Counted from the stretch's first letter, positions 12,469 to 26,173 are shown. The stretch: 64,000 nt of DNA from Ramazzottius varieornatus (GCA_001949185.1 BDGG01000001.1:7886149-7950148); one strand, 5' to 3'. Numbers and translations are program-made. Notes: generated by a model from the letters alone, not told the origin.

Positions 12469-15400
12469 CGGGATGAGCCGCATGGCACACAAACGCCTTC
12501 GGGCAAGACTGAGCTCAGCACCCGTAAATAGGTAGGACAGGGTGCTGCAGTTACTCGGGGTGAGCCGCGTGGCACACAAACGCCTTCGGGCAAGACTGAG
12601 CTCAGCACCCGTGAATATGATAGGGTGCTGTAGTTACTAGGGGTGAGCCGCGTGGCACACAAACGCCTTCGGGCAAGACTGAGCTCAGCACTCGTGAATA
12701 TGATAGGGTGCTGTAGTTACTAGGGGTGAGCCGCGTGGCACACAAACGCCTTCGGGCAAGACTGAGCTCAGCACCCGTGAATATGATAGGGTGCTGTAGT
12801 TACTAGGGGTGAGCCGCGTGGCATACAAACGCCTTCGGGCAAGACTGAGCTCAGCACTCGTAAATAGGTAGGACAGGGTGCTGCAGTTACTCGGGGTGAG
12901 CCGCATGGCACACAAACGCCTTCGGGCAAGACTGAGCTCAGCACCCGTAAATAGGTAGGACAGGGTGCTGCAGTTACTCGGGGTGAGCCGCATGGCACAC
13001 AAACGCCTTCGGGCAAGACTGAGCTCAGCACCCGTAAATAGGTAGGACATGGTGCTGCAGTTACTCGGGGTGAGCCGCATGGCACACAAACGCCTTCGGG
13101 CAAGACTGAGCTCAGCACTCGTAAATAGGTAGGACAGGGTGCTGCAGTTACTCGGGGTGAGCCGCATGGCACACAAACGCCTTCGGGCAAGACTGAGCTC
13201 AGCACCCGTGAATATGATAGGGTGCTGCAGTTACTAGGGGTGAGCCGCGTGGCACACAAACGCCTTCGGGCAAGACTGAGCTCAGCACCCGTGAATATGA
13301 TAGGGTGCTGTAGTGCTAGGGGTGAGCCGCGTGGCACACAAACGCCTTCGGGCAAGACTGAGCTCAGCACCCGTGAATATGATAGGGTGCTGCAGTTACT
13401 AGGGGTGAGCCGCGTGGCACACAAACGCCTTCGGGCAAGACTGAGCTCAGCACCCGTGAATATGATAGGGTGCTGTAGTGCTAGGGGTGAGCCGCGTGGC
13501 ACACAAACGCCTTCGGGCAAGACTGAGCTCAGCACCCGTGAATATGATAGGGTGCTGTAGTGCTAGGGGTGAGCCGCGTGGCACACAAACGCCTTCGGGC
13601 AAGACTGAGCTCAGCACCCGTGAATATGATAGGGTGCTGTAGTGCTAGGGGTGAGCCGCGTGGCACACAAACGCCTTCGGGCAAGACTGAGCTCAGCACC
13701 CGTGAATATGATAGGGTGCTGTAGTTACTCGGGGTGAGCCGCGTGGCACACAAACGCCTTCGGGCAAGACTGAGCTCAGCACCCGTGAATATGATAGGGT
13801 GCTGTAGTTGCTAGGGGTGAGCCGCATGGCACACAAACGCCTTCGGGCAAGACTGAGCTCAGCACCCGTGAATATGACAGGGTGCTGTAGTTACTCGGGG
13901 TGAGCCGCATGGCACACAAACGCCTTCGGGCAAGACTGAGCTCAGCACCCGTAAATAGGTAGGACAGGGTGCTGCAGTTACTCGGGGTGAGCCGCATGGC
14001 ACACAAACGCCTTCGGGCAAGACTGAGCTCAGCACTCGTAAATAGGTAGGACAGGGTGCTGCAGTTACTCGGGGTGAGCCGCATGGCACACAAACGCCTT
14101 CGGGCAAGACTGAGCTCAGCACTCGTAAATAGGTAGGACAGGGTGCTGCAGTTACTCGGGGTGAGCCGCATGGCACACAAACGCCTTCGGGCAAGACTGA
14201 GCTCAGCACCCGTAAATAGGTAGGACAGGGTGCTGCAGTTACTCGGGGTGAGCCGCATGGCACACAAACGCCTTCGGGCAAGACTGAGCTCAGCACCCGT
14301 AAATAGGTAGGACATGGTGCTGCAGTTACTCGGGGTGAGCCGCATGGCACACAAANNNNNNNNNNNNNNNNNNNNNNNNNNNNNNNNNNNNNNNNNNNNN
14401 NNNNNCTGCAGTTCTCGGGGTGAGCCGCATGGCACACAAACGCCTTCGGGCAAGACTGAGCTCAGCACCCGTAAATAGGTAGGACAGGGTGCTGCAGTTA
14501 CTCGGGGTGAGCCGCATGGCACACAAACGCCTTCGGGCAAGACTGAGCTCAGCACCCGTAAATAGGTAGGACCCATGGTGCTGCAGTTACTCGGGGTGAG
14601 CCGCATGGCACACAAACGCCTTCGGGCAAGACTGAGCTCAGCACCCGTGAATATGATAGGGTGCTGTAGTGCTAGGGGTGAGCCGCGTGGCACACAAACG
14701 CCTTCGGGCAAGACTGAGCTCAGCACCCGTGAATATGATAGGGTGCTGCAGTTACTCGGGGTGAGCCGCGTGGCACACAAACGCCTTCGGGGAAGACTGA
14801 GCTCAGCACCCGTGAATATGATAGGGTGCTGTAGTGCTAGGGGTGAGCCGCATGGCACACAAACGCCTTCGGGCAAGACTGAGCTCAGCACCCGTGAATA
14901 TGATAGGGTGCTGTAGTGCTAGGGGTGAGCCGCGTGGCACACAAACGCCTTCGGGCAAGACTGAGCTCAGCACCCGTGAATATGATAGGGTGCTGCAGTT
15001 ACTAGGGGTGAGCCGCGTGGCACACAAACGCCTTCGGGCAAGACTGAGCTCAGCACCCGTGAATATGATAGGGTGCTGTAGTGCTAGGGGTGAGCCGCGT
15101 GGCACACAAACGCCTTCGGGCAAGACTGAGCTCAGCACCCGTGAATATGATAGGGTGCTGTAGTGCTAGGGGTGAGCCGCGTGGCACACAAACGCCTTCG
15201 GGCAAGACTGAGCTCAGCACCCGTGAATATGATAGGGTGCTGTAGTGCTAGGGGTGAGCCGCGTGGCACACAAACGCCTTCGGGCAAGACTGAGCTCAGC
15301 ACCCGTGAATATGATAGGGTGCTGCAGTTACTCGGGGTGAGCCGCGTGGCACACAAACGCCTTCGGGGAAGACTGAGCTCAGCACCCGTGAATATGATAG

Positions 15401-15758
15401 GGTGCTGTAGTGCTAGGGGTGAGCCGCGTGGCACACAAACGCCTTCGGGCAAGACTGAGCTCAGCACCCGTGAATATGATAGGGTGCTGCAGTTACTCGG
15501 GGTGAGCCGCATGGCACACAAACGCCTTCGGGCAAGACTGAGCTCAGCACCCGTAAATATGATAGGGTGCTGCAGTTACTCGGGGTGAGCCGCATGGCAC
15601 ACAAACGCCTTCGGGCAAGACTGAGCTCAGCACCCGTGAATATGATAGGGTGCTGCAGTTACTCGGGGTGAGCCGCGTGACACACAAACGCCTTCGGGCA
15701 AGACTGAGCTCAGCACCCGTAAATATGATAGGGTGCTGCAGTTACTCGGGGTGAGCCG
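12469..15758. repeat. Tandem minisatellite array, about 39-40 units of 82/83/87 bp, interrupted by a 50-N gap
   Basis: Unit GGGGTGAGCCGCRTGGCACACAAACGCCTTCGGGCAAGACTGAGCTCAGCACCC[GTGAATATGATA or GTAAATAGGTAGGACA]GGGTGCTGYAGT(TA/G)CTM, repeated head to tail. Confidence 0.97.
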
Positions 15759-15806
15759 AGTAAATTTGATAGGGTAACCTTGTAACAGTCTTGCCGCCGC
15801 TCAGAT

Positions 15807-18651
15807 CAGAGCATAAGTCCGTTCGATAAACCGGGAACGAATCCAACATTTTTCAAAAAAACGAAAACGGAAACGAGCGGAAAGCAAGCGCAAAGTTTTC
15901 AAGGGAACTGAACGGAAGATTTCGATGTTCGGAATCGAAATTAAAATACGCCGTTCGCACAGAAATTAACGGTTCATGATCGCCAAAGGTTCACGCTTGA
16001 ACATCCTTCGGTAAACTATTTTTCGCCGATGTCTTCGGCTTTCCACTATCTTCCACACCCAAATTCCACTTCAAGTACAGCAGACATCTAACTCCTCGCC
16101 GCCTAAGGAAGTTCTCTCTTCGGTAAAAACATCTCCAGCATCACTGAACAGTTTTCCGGGGAACAGCTAGAGACGGGAATCGCGAGAACCCGCACAGCCA
16201 GCTTGTAAAGCTTCGGGAAAGTAGCTGCATGCTCTTGCCAGAATTCCAGGATCGGTTTGGAGCTCACAGGTGGCGGCAGGCTCTGATAGAGACTCATCTC
16301 GTCAGCGTGATTGACCGCACTGGCAGTGTCGGAGTAACGGCAGAACTGGCTAAACTCGGTGAACGACGAAGCTGTATCTGTGGTCGCTGCTATTGGCTGC
16401 ACAGTTAAGCTGGTTGTTCCGCACATTTTCCGCACGCCACTGATAATCGCATTTTGTTCAGCGGTAGGGTACATCAGGGGACCTTTCATGGCTGGATTGA
16501 AGAACACTGCTGCTTTGTGTAGTTCGTCAACGACCAGTTTAGCGTCACAGACTTTCTTAAGCTGTTTTTGCAAATAAGGAAGTTGGTCAGTGACTGGGAA
16601 ACATGTCATGTGGTGTCAAAGAAGTTTAATCTTACCTGATATGCCACAAGAGCGCTGTACTGGGGTAAGTCTCGGAACTCTTCAGAAATTGGCTGACTGA
16701 CGTGCGCCCGGATTTTGATGAAGTAAGGTACGACCAGGTGTATCGTCGGACTGCTCGATGACTCTAGAGCCAACGTGGCAGTCTTCAAGGGTCTTGAAGC
16801 CACAGCACGGAGAAAGTCGACAGGTCCCGGAAGTCGGTTTCTTTCGTCTCTTTCTTGCAAGATGTCTTCGAGTTCTGGGTAGAGCCGGATAAAGGAATCC
16901 AGCATGTCCAGGTTGGAGTTCCACCGCGTTTCGACCGCTTGAACAGGGGCAACCGACAGACGGCGGCTAAGATAGGCTTGCTTACAGTACGTTACCAGAG
17001 ACTTACAGGATTGAATCAAGGTTGAAATCGGAACTCCTTCATCACTCAGTTTGAACTGCGAATTTGGCTTCCGGTTAACTGAGTTTTGTAAGCATGTGTT
17101 GAGCATATGACAAGCCCAGCTGACACGTTTAAGAATGGCTCTATTTGGAACTCTGAAGGCAGCAATCATAGTGGCAGCAGCATCTGTTTTGAACGTAACG
17201 TCCGCGCATTCTTCTTCTGAGATGCAAATGTCTGCCTAAGTCTTAAACACAAAGTCACGAACTGCAAAACACCAGCCCGTAATCCGACAATGCTTTTGAT
17301 TACGAGTAAAATCTAAACTTACCTGTCTGACTCTTAGTCGCATCGAACTCAGATATAGTAATCAGCTCTTGCTTTAGAATGCAGTCCTCCATGTAATGGA
17401 TGATGAACCCGACGAACTTGGTCTTTGTGTAACCTTCCGTCCATCCATCCAGGCTGATACAGACACCTCTGGTTGTAAGGATCTTTTTCAGGTTTGGAAC
17501 ACTTATCTTCCGTAGAGCTTTAGCTTGGTTGGCCACGCTGGTGCTAACGGTGGCAGCAGAAGTTCGCGAGCAGGAAAAGGAGCTCTTTTATGCTTTCTTG
17601 CTATCCCCAACACCGTGTCAATCATCAGCTCGAATCCTTTCGCACACTCGGAATGCTCGCGAATCCAAAGCACAGAATCTTTGAACAATAGCACACATCA
17701 AAATCCGTCACACAATAACGTAAGATCAAATTAGCAATTTTAATATCACTTTGCAAGAGCTTCCGACATGAGTTGCTTTTCTTCCGTCGTTACTCCGACC
17801 TTCAGATACTGCTGTATCGAACCTGCGGCTTTCTCCTTACACTTGGCTGAATGGTGTAATAGCGAGGTTGTTCCAGCCTTAATGCTGAAAGTGTACACTT
17901 GAGTGCAGTTCTTACAGGTAACGATGTCCAGCACCTCGTACGTATCCAATGTGACTACGCGTAAGAAATCTTCCCACACGTCACTTTCTCCACTCGCATT
18001 CTCTTTAGTCGCCAAAGACTCATCTTTGATACCGCGTTTGATGCCTCGGCTACCGTAAGTCCTCTTAGCTGCAGTGAGGTTGACGCCTTAACTTTCTTCG
18101 CAGCTCGCTTTGGATCGCTAGCTCGCTTCTTCCAGGCTTCGCCGGTCACATCTACCAGCTCCACTTCACCTTCATCGCCCGAACTCTGTCCCGACCTACA
18201 AAACCACTATCATCTTACCATACTCTAACCGAATATGAGCTGCACTTACATGATCCAGCCTGCCAGCGACGTGGTAGATTAAAAGACGATATCAAACCAG
18301 CGGACTAAATCCAGAACCAAACTAATACAATAATCAACCGCAAGTTAGCAAGTCGATTCAGAATACATAGGAGTCTGCGATACAACCCAGCGACTTGCTT
18401 AATGAGTTGCGCGATGGTCAGAAATCAAGCCGTATTTAACTATAGCTTACGTGCTCTGCTCTGCGGCTGTTTTACGTAATTAGTTCGGTTTCTAACAGCC
18501 AGTCCGATCAGAACGGAACGGGCGGAACGTCATTCTGTCAGAAACCAAACGAAAAAAGCGGAAATAATTTCGGGTATACCAGAACGGAAGCGGGCCGAAA
18601 CTTCCGTTAACTGCAGTTCAGTTCCGCTTAACGGACCATTTTTATGCTCTG
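15807..18651 (-). mobile_element. hAT DNA transposon (hobo/Hermes/Ac-like)
   Basis: Terminal CAGAGCATAA...TTATGCTCTG inverted repeat and many AACGG/CCGTT subterminal motifs at both ends, enclosing a transposase. The candidate 8-bp TSD matches only 5/8 (GCTCAGAT vs CCAGAGAT). Confidence 0.85.
15991..18251 (-). pseudogene. hAT transposase with BED zinc finger, disrupted
   Basis: BED finger VWEDF...CKNC...GTTSLLHHSAKC; catalytic motifs ISLDGWT, KTDAAATM, WACHMLN, ETRWNS; dimerisation domain EFWQEHAATFPKLYKLAVRVLAIPVSSCSPE. There are several frameshifts and an in-frame TAG near 17237. The start codon appears split by a 54-nt intron (AT|gtaagt..tag|G, 18249-18196). Confidence 0.9.
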
Positions 18652-18669
18652 CCAGAGATACATGATGCA

Positions 18670-18870
18670 AGTTCCGTCCATGCGATGGTTACCGTTACCG
18701 GCGGATCTCCATCGCTCAGCTTTATCGATCGGGCTCACGACAGGTATCCTCCGGACCTACCATCCATACTCGTTTGGACATACTGAGTCTAAGCGTTCCA
18801 CGACGCATGTTCTGCCTTCCTTCACAAGTTCTTTAAAATCCTGAGAGCCACACCGAGCACAACCGGAAAG
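18670..18870 (+). pseudogene. Decayed cadherin-like exon fragment (copy A), homologous to 54305-54515
   Basis: About three-quarters nucleotide identity by eye to the minus strand of 54305-54515. It translates SSVHAMVTVTGGSPSLSFIDRAHDRYPPD and is frameshifted after that. Confidence 0.55.
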
Positions 18871-20634
18871 GGAAGATACTAGTATTACGTAAGCATTCGA
18901 TATTATGAGCTGCTATCCCTAGCCCCCTCTAGTAAGCATCATGAAAGATTTCCAAAGTGAGTACCCAAAAACCCACTTCGTTACATAAGATATCGAGCAC
19001 GTGGACACGCGGTTACCAAATTAATTCATTTATTCAACTGTCCATCGATCACTTTTGTCCGTTGGTCAATTAGAAATAATTGATCAGTTGTTAATATTAT
19101 GGGAAATAACAACAGCTGATCAATGGCACAAAATAACAACGGAAATAAGAACAACTGATCAACGGTCGTCACATGTCGTTTGCCTTCTTCGGTCCGTTTA
19201 TACTTGGTAAGCAGACGACGGTGGCCGTTCGACTGATGTTGATTCTTTATTCGAAAAGGCGTTCCCTCAGCCAAGAAGAAATCTCCATCCAGGTCTTCCA
19301 GGAAGCGTTTTCGCGGTCGTTATTGTAGTCACTGGTACGTTTTACCTTACAATTTTTGGAAGTCGGGATACGCTACCACAAGGTTCCTCGAAATGGCATC
19401 CGCGGCAGTATTGCAGGGGTGAAGTACGTGGGATATGCGGACATGAAAATTGCACAGGGCGGCTTAAAACTGGTAGCGTCGTACGCAGCACACTACTCCT
19501 TTGTCAGCGGCTAATTGTTTCTTCCAAGAAACACGGGTTTTCGGAACAGAAAATAATTCGCTTTCCAGACCAATCGTTGCCCCAGAGGGAACAATCAACG
19601 AAAACAGGAACCATCTCTAACAACGCAATGGACGGGTTAAGGCTTCCGCAGTTTACCAAAGTAGCCTGCAGTGGAGCGGTTTTGAACAGTTGCCCTTTTG
19701 GAAGATATCGTTTTCACGAAAACGATCGGATAGAGTAATATTTAGTCCACCTAAATATGGGTTTCATGACGTTATAACGCGGCGCCATTGATCGCCAGCA
19801 GTGACAATATGCCAAAATCTCGATCCCCATCAGAAAATCGAGAATGCATTTTTGCTATCGCTTCTTCCAATATTGTGATTCTTAGGCGGTAGAATGACTA
19901 TTCCATGAAAATCAGACGGATTGAAGAAGAAATGCAACGCTTCCATTAGAGAAACTATCTTTAAAAGGGGTTTTTAGCAATATTTTCAAGGTAACAACTT
20001 TCGAATCTTTGATCCGTGGCCTCAGATAAGCTTTCTTTCTGTAACCACGCATCATCGCAACAGAACCGATGAAGAGTTCGTATTCCTCAATTTTTCTAGG
20101 TTTTTGAACTTTTGGAATAAAGTGGCGGCGGATGATCACAGGTGCCGCCTTATGCCGTCATTATACCTTTACTCTAGGAGACTAAGTACCATGCTGCCTT
20201 CCTGTTTCGGAGGAAATGATGTGCTCCGTACATTCGACTGTGGAGGCGACCCTTAAAGTCGTAAGGCGAAGACTGGGCCTCTTCGGATTCCTCCAGCGAA
20301 ACGTTCACAGTCGGAAACACGTTCATAGTACGCAGCTATGATGTTTGCAGCTGCATGCCTAGATAGTAGGCTCTCTGACAATGCGCGTAATGACTGGGTA
20401 GAGTTTTCTGTATGGGGCATAGGAGAGGTGCTCCATCCGCCTGAAACGCCCATCGGTTTGCAAACATTTCAGTCGTAAAAACCCCATTTTGCGATGCAGC
20501 ATTAGATGGCTTGGAGTGAAAAGCACGTTGCTTGACCAGAAGAGCGACATCACGGACCTTCAAGTGTTATTTTTTTGCATTCCGGAAGTGAAACGTAAAC
20601 ATGCAGCGACACTGCAATAATTTCCAGGTCTCCC

Positions 20635-20771
20635 CGTACACAACAAGGTGCTGTGCGCAGTCACATGACAGAGCCGTAAAATACTCCTGGGACCTGCTGA
20701 CTAATCACTGTCACCGGGGGCTCAATTTTGGGCCTGTCATGTGACTGCGCAGAACTTTCGAGGGAATACAG
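20635..20771. mobile_element. MITE family 2 (CTGTATTCCC ends), left end degenerate
   Basis: TGCGCAGTCACATGACAG...CTGTCATGTGACTGCGCAGAACTTTCGAGGGAATACAG|TA; same family as the copies at 29719, 51514 and 57691. Confidence 0.8.
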
Positions 20772-22000
20772 TACGCGCCGTTTTATTTCTAGAAACAAAC
20801 AGGTCCAGCCGCCCCTGGGGATTTTCAGAAAGGCGCTCTTCAAATGCACCTTGATTTCGAATAGGTTGATTTATGGGCTCTTATTGACAGACAAGTAGAC
20901 TGTGTGAGACGTCATTCTTTAATTTCTCGCTCAATCATGAATCGTTCCTGCTGCATGCCGAAGGTTTCCGCCAATATCATGACTCCGCATTCTTTCCATC
21001 AGACTTCATTTTCAACTTTTTGTCAGCAGTTGTCTCTCTGTCGATTTCCGGTGGTTTGTGCTTCGTCGCTGTTTTTTGCAATCCTTTGACTTACGAAGTT
21101 TCGCTCGTCATCTTCGTTCCTACGGAATGCGCCAAAGTTTCCGAGCCATGGGGGCCAAACACTCTGAGCAGCGCGCGATGTGCTCCAAACTTCCGTTCAT
21201 ATTTCATACTTTGATTGCTCAATTACGCAAGTCAGTTCTGGCAGGCCAACATTGCCTTTCTGATATTTACAGGCGCATGGAGAACCTCTGCTATGGTATC
21301 GGAACAGGCAAAACAGTATGGGGCAACTTCAGTCGTCAGTTTTTGGATTGCTGTCGCAAGTGGGGCCCATAAGACGCGGAATTGAACGATCCGCAATTGG
21401 GCGGCGAGTTTTTCGTAGAGGAGTTCGTTCCCGAATCTTCTTTCCCTTGACAAACTGGTTTTCAAAATTCGTGATTCGAGATGTATCGATGGAGCAAGTA
21501 CTTTCTCGCCCCGCAGTGCTCTCTTAATTCATCTTTATGGGAAAAACGAACGCGTTTTTTTTCTTCAGTGCCGAATAAAATCTGACACATGATTCTACGT
21601 ATAACTGTGGGGTTACAAAGACCCATCTTCAATAAACCCTGCATTAAAATAGAGATCTTCCTGACCAGTCTTTCGGTGGTCGCTTGTGGCTCACCATGAA
21701 GAGACGCACTGACTTCAGCCATCAGACGACTGCACAGAGTGACTCAAAGCGGAATTAGCCAACTGACCAACGGTCTTATTCGTTATTGTACGAATAGCAG
21801 TGAACATTCCAACGGGAAATAAATTACACAAAGACGACTAGCTGGAGGAGTAGCGCCGCCGTGGAGATCAGCAAAACGTAACAAAATCAGTTCTGTGTTG
21901 CGTACAATCTCCGATGTTTGAAAGGGTTGTCCTCATGAAATAATAGTGAACGGTGACTGATCATGCCTGACGTCATCCACAGTCCGGTTCCATGATGCTT

Positions 22001-23800
22001 CTATCTTGACTTTTTGAGGGAAACTTCAGAGTTGTGAGTAATAGCTTTCCGTACTCTACCGCGCACTCGTGTCTTCGCAGGAGCCGCATTCACGTTCTGT
22101 TTTCTTCTACTCTTTGGTTTCTCTGCGGTCAGTACAGCCGATGACGACTGTCTCGCGCTTCGACTCTCGCAGCTCAGCCTTTTCTTGAACTGCACATCCA
22201 GCGACCTCCTTGTCTTCTTGGGTTTTGACGTGAGCCTCTGCCTGTCGTTACTGGCGTTGTTGTCGGCGTCTTCATCACTGGATTTGCTGCGTTCGAGCAT
22301 CACAGTTGAATCGAGCTCATTCAAGGCTTCGAAGATCGCAACGTTGGTTGAATTGAGTCGTGTCGAATCTGTCAAATGTCATGACCGATATCAAAGCTCA
22401 AATTGGTAGCAGCTCGGTGCATCACGTCAGTTCGAAATCAACGCCAGAAGATGTCTTTAATTGCATGTTGTGACCGCTGAACCACAAAGCTTCCAGTGAT
22501 GATCTCCCGCTTCATCACCTGTGTTTTGGAGCCTATCGTCTATACGGTTGCTCGCTGGAAGCGTGCCACTTTAATAAGAAGCTTGATAAACCGTTTTTCT
22601 CAAAGGCCGCACTCTCTTATAGTTTTAGAGTTTATCTGCCTATACCAAACTTCTGTTCTTGTAATCGCAACGCGGCAGTTTGTCGATATCTGCAGGCGAA
22701 AGAAGCTAGAAAAGCTGATGAGTATCTGCATGACCCCGTAAAACGGCTCGGCGTGTACTGGCGAAGCTGTTCCCAAGTTTATCAAGTACATTTACACGAG
22801 TTACTGTACGTTTTGTGCCACGTGCACGGTACCAATCATCGCGAGTAAACAAATTCGGTGCTTTGGTCAATCGACTTTAGGAGATAGCGTAAGCAGTGCG
22901 GACAACGCGAACTTGGCACCGGGCTTTACCACTTGCTTCACCAACGACGGGATTCTCCTTGCCACTGAACTGCTTACCGTTATTCAACAATTTGTCGTTA
23001 CTCTCCGTTAAAAGAGTTTCAAGTGCGTAGGAATCACAGTTCGTAGGAACTCTAACCAGCCTACAAAATTGTAACATCAGTAGAAACCAAACTATTTGTT
23101 TTGTCGATATAAACTGTCGTGGTAAAGATGTTCAGTAGTCGGATTAGTCTGTGCTTTTCCAGTGGCTGACATGCTATTTCTCGATAACCAGCCTTATCCA
23201 TTGCTCTTACCGATTGACTCCAGTTCGTTTTGCATTCGTGCTCGGGAACCGGACTGTTGTTTGACTTCTTCCAGGTACATGGGTGATAGTAACGCGAAAC
23301 GCATGCAACAGCCATGACCATATTTCTGGGAGCATTTGTCAAGAAAGTAAAACCAAACATATATTATAAACGTACATTATATATTTATAACATTCCGACC
23401 ATGTACCTTTTAATTCAGCGTCATTTTCACTCTAACTTTTCAGTTGTCCGTCGTACCCAGTTCTCACGACTTGCTTCCAAAAAACCCTTCACCACTCCTT
23501 GAACGGCATTCCGTATAACCGCGTACGGTTTATACGATATACTTTCAGTTCCGTATAGCGCAAAGGTGTTCGCCACATCGGCGTACTTCTCACAGGGAAG
23601 CCATCACGACCGGAATGTTGACCAAAAACGCGTTGGACGGTCCTTTGACGCGCGACGATTAGAAGAAGTTGTGGTCAGGTTTGCTCATGCACTTTGGAGC
23701 GAAGATCAACGCTGAATTTCAGCGAACGACGAATTTCTGCAGCAAACCCATCGCTGTCCATTTTCCGGCTGCCGTATTTTTCCGTATTCTCCGTAAATCA
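22001..23800 (-). pseudogene. Kolobok-type (Mutator-like) DDE transposase remnant
   Basis: 23360-23061 reads VMAVACVSRYYHPC...PEHECKTNWSQSVRAMDKAG..EI...LEKH, which resembles the VxSKYCxxC...HxCxxNxxGSSxxME signature of this family. A basic C-terminal tail lies at 22375-22001. There are many stops and frameshifts, and the limits are approximate. Confidence 0.55.
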
Positions 23801-25236
23801 TCACATCTGCTTGGCCGCTCAGCAGATGCTTCTTCCAGACGGACTCCAGAGCGTCGGTGTTTCTAGGTGAAGCGGTGTCGTTGGACGAACAAACTGTCTG
23901 CTAGTTCCTTAACAGAAAGAACATCTCGCCAGGTCACAGATTCGAGAGCGGGAGAAACAATAGTGATTCGTGGACTTCTATTTCTCAAATTAGACGTAAA
24001 CTGATGACTGGCTGCGACTGTCTTCTTTAGAGTAGAGCTTCAAGCAGCATGAAAAAATCAACGCGAAGGCTGACTAGCTTATCATCATTGAAAATTCGCG
24101 CTCTCTCCACGCTTGGATTTCCGGAATTCTCACGCTGCAAAACGCTGTACAAGAAAACAACGCTGAGCACTCTGAGCATAACAGGTGTTTTGGCAAAAAA
24201 TCAAGCATGATTTTGTACCGCATGCTGTGCAAAGCTCGTTACAAGTACCAGTTACAAATAAACGGTGAATTTTGGCTTGCATGAGGGTGGAAAGGCGTCA
24301 AAAAATCGGTTGCTTGTTTTACCACCCGTGAGGCTGGAAAGACTTCAAATATCTGCACGGTGAAAAGCTGATTTTGGAAGACTGTGTGAGCTGTGACTAA
24401 GTAAAACGCCGCGTCGCGATAGCCCTCCAAGCAGCGTGGCCACGCTGTACGACGCTCATCCACGCTGCAGGACCAGCGTGCATCAGCGTGGTAGTGGTAC
24501 AGCGAGACCACGCTGCATGAACCTCTAGTTTGAAGTAAGCTTCAACCGAAAGAGGACCTGAAAATATATTCGGTGCACTTCGCAGCCTCTATACGGTACC
24601 CGCGATCGTGTTCCCTAGCTTGTTTTTCGGCGGGAACCATCTTGTAAGCCAGGGTGAAAGATTTCTTGATCCTTCTGAGGGTTAAGGGCTCCAAGCCCAG
24701 TCGGTGTAGTCGACTACAATATCGCTCGGTGGAAGAGTCCTCGATTGCAGGTCACAAGTTGACTGTCTGGAGGAACATTCGTTAACAGTCTTCGATAAGC
24801 CCTTTCTGTGGAGGACTCCAGACCACACTACGATAATTAAGCATATAATGAAATCCTTCACCAGTCGTTTACATGACAAGCGCTAGATTATACTTGAGTA
24901 ACCATATGCATGTGTGATGAGAACCTTCAACCAAATAGCATTCATAAGTCAACTTCACTAACTAGTGAAACTGGACTTTCCACTCAACCACGGATACATG
25001 CCATTCTCAACGCGACCGCAAAGCGCGCATGATGGAGTGGGTGAAACATTTCAGCAGTTTCTCACCGTGGTAATCATTCACGTTTCTCATATTCATTTTT
25101 CCATGGTGGAGTTTTCCAACGTTCTACTGTTCACATGTCTGTGTGTTTCAGTTTGTTTATTCGTTCAACATTGGTTCATTTAACTCCTTTTCTTCTTACA
25201 TGACTGTACAAAAGCTACAGTATACTGTAATGCGCA

Positions 25237-25754
25237 ATGTCCCTTATCGTTTCGGAATCGACTGAATGCGGAAACGATTGCTGCCTGAGAATCCAGAGAG
25301 TTTTCGAAAGCCAACATGGACATCTTATGCGTGCTTTCAGAAAAGAGTGCGTCAAGATCAGGAAAACCATGGAAAGAATACAGACAGAAAAAGACATTGA
25401 CCCGATCACCAAAACAACAATCGGAACTCTAATGCTGGAAATCAGTGAAACTTGTATCCAGCTACCACCTGCTTATAGAAACATGGGACGTTTGATGACA
25501 GATCATCTACGAACGACGAAGTGCCGATACAAAAACTCAAAGGATGCAATTACGAGGCTCACGAAAACCTGGGAGACTGAAATCGTAAGTAAAACCATGA
25601 AAGACGCATGATAATCGTTCCGACTAAATACCGTGAGCCTGCAACAATTTCTCTTTAGGTAAAATCGCTCGCTCGCTCTGTAGACATGCTTTCAATAACG
25701 ACCCTTTTTGTCCAGAGTGAAATAAGTCTTCCAACGGTCGGTAGGATCAGATGA
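25237..25754 (+). CDS. Orphan small helical protein, paralog 1 (predicted 147 aa, two exons)
   Basis: Exon 25237-25584 (phase-0 donor GTAAGT) and exon 25659-25754 (acceptor CTCTTTAG). It aligns without gaps to the ORF starting at 27572. Confidence 0.6.
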
Positions 25755-26173
25755 GTAGTTTAGCTTCGGTTCTTTCGAACGCAATACTCTCTTGCAAAAT
25801 TAGGTCGAGATTTATTTTGGATCGATTACAAGGCGTGGCAGCCAGCGTAAGGTTACCTATATATGATCTCACCTTTAGAAATTCACGTCGGAACTTTTTA
25901 TCTCGACGTTCTCGCGGAGACAACCTTCTAGACCTGGCTGGTAATCGTCTTTCAAAGTTACACCTTCTCAGCTCGTCAAGGCAACGATACTTTGATGTAC
26001 GCAGTTTACAATCAGAATGTTTGTTTGGCAGGACCTTTGCGCGGAAGGTTAAAACAAAGCAAGATACGAAATTATAATCGCGAATAATAAATGTTACCCC
26101 GATCAGCTAGCGCGCACGTTCTTGCGCCCAACAAAACAAACAGTTGTAGGACTTTTTCACCTGTCTTCCAGTG

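Noticed and set aside
12685-15588. Long repetitive ORFs inside the array as real proteins
   Set aside because: They are open only because 87-bp units and 82+83-bp dimers are multiples of three. Frames break at unit changes and occur in several frames on both strands.
12469-15758. CRISPR array
   Set aside because: The variable segments are only two recurring 12/16-nt loop types rather than unique spacers, there are no cas genes, and the context is eukaryotic.
12469-15758. Known self-cleaving ribozyme (hammerhead, HDV-like, twister, pistol) in the unit
   Set aside because: I found no CUGANGA/GAAA core, no properly nested HDV P3/L3 and no twister or pistol motif by eye on either strand. An Infernal search would be needed to exclude variants.
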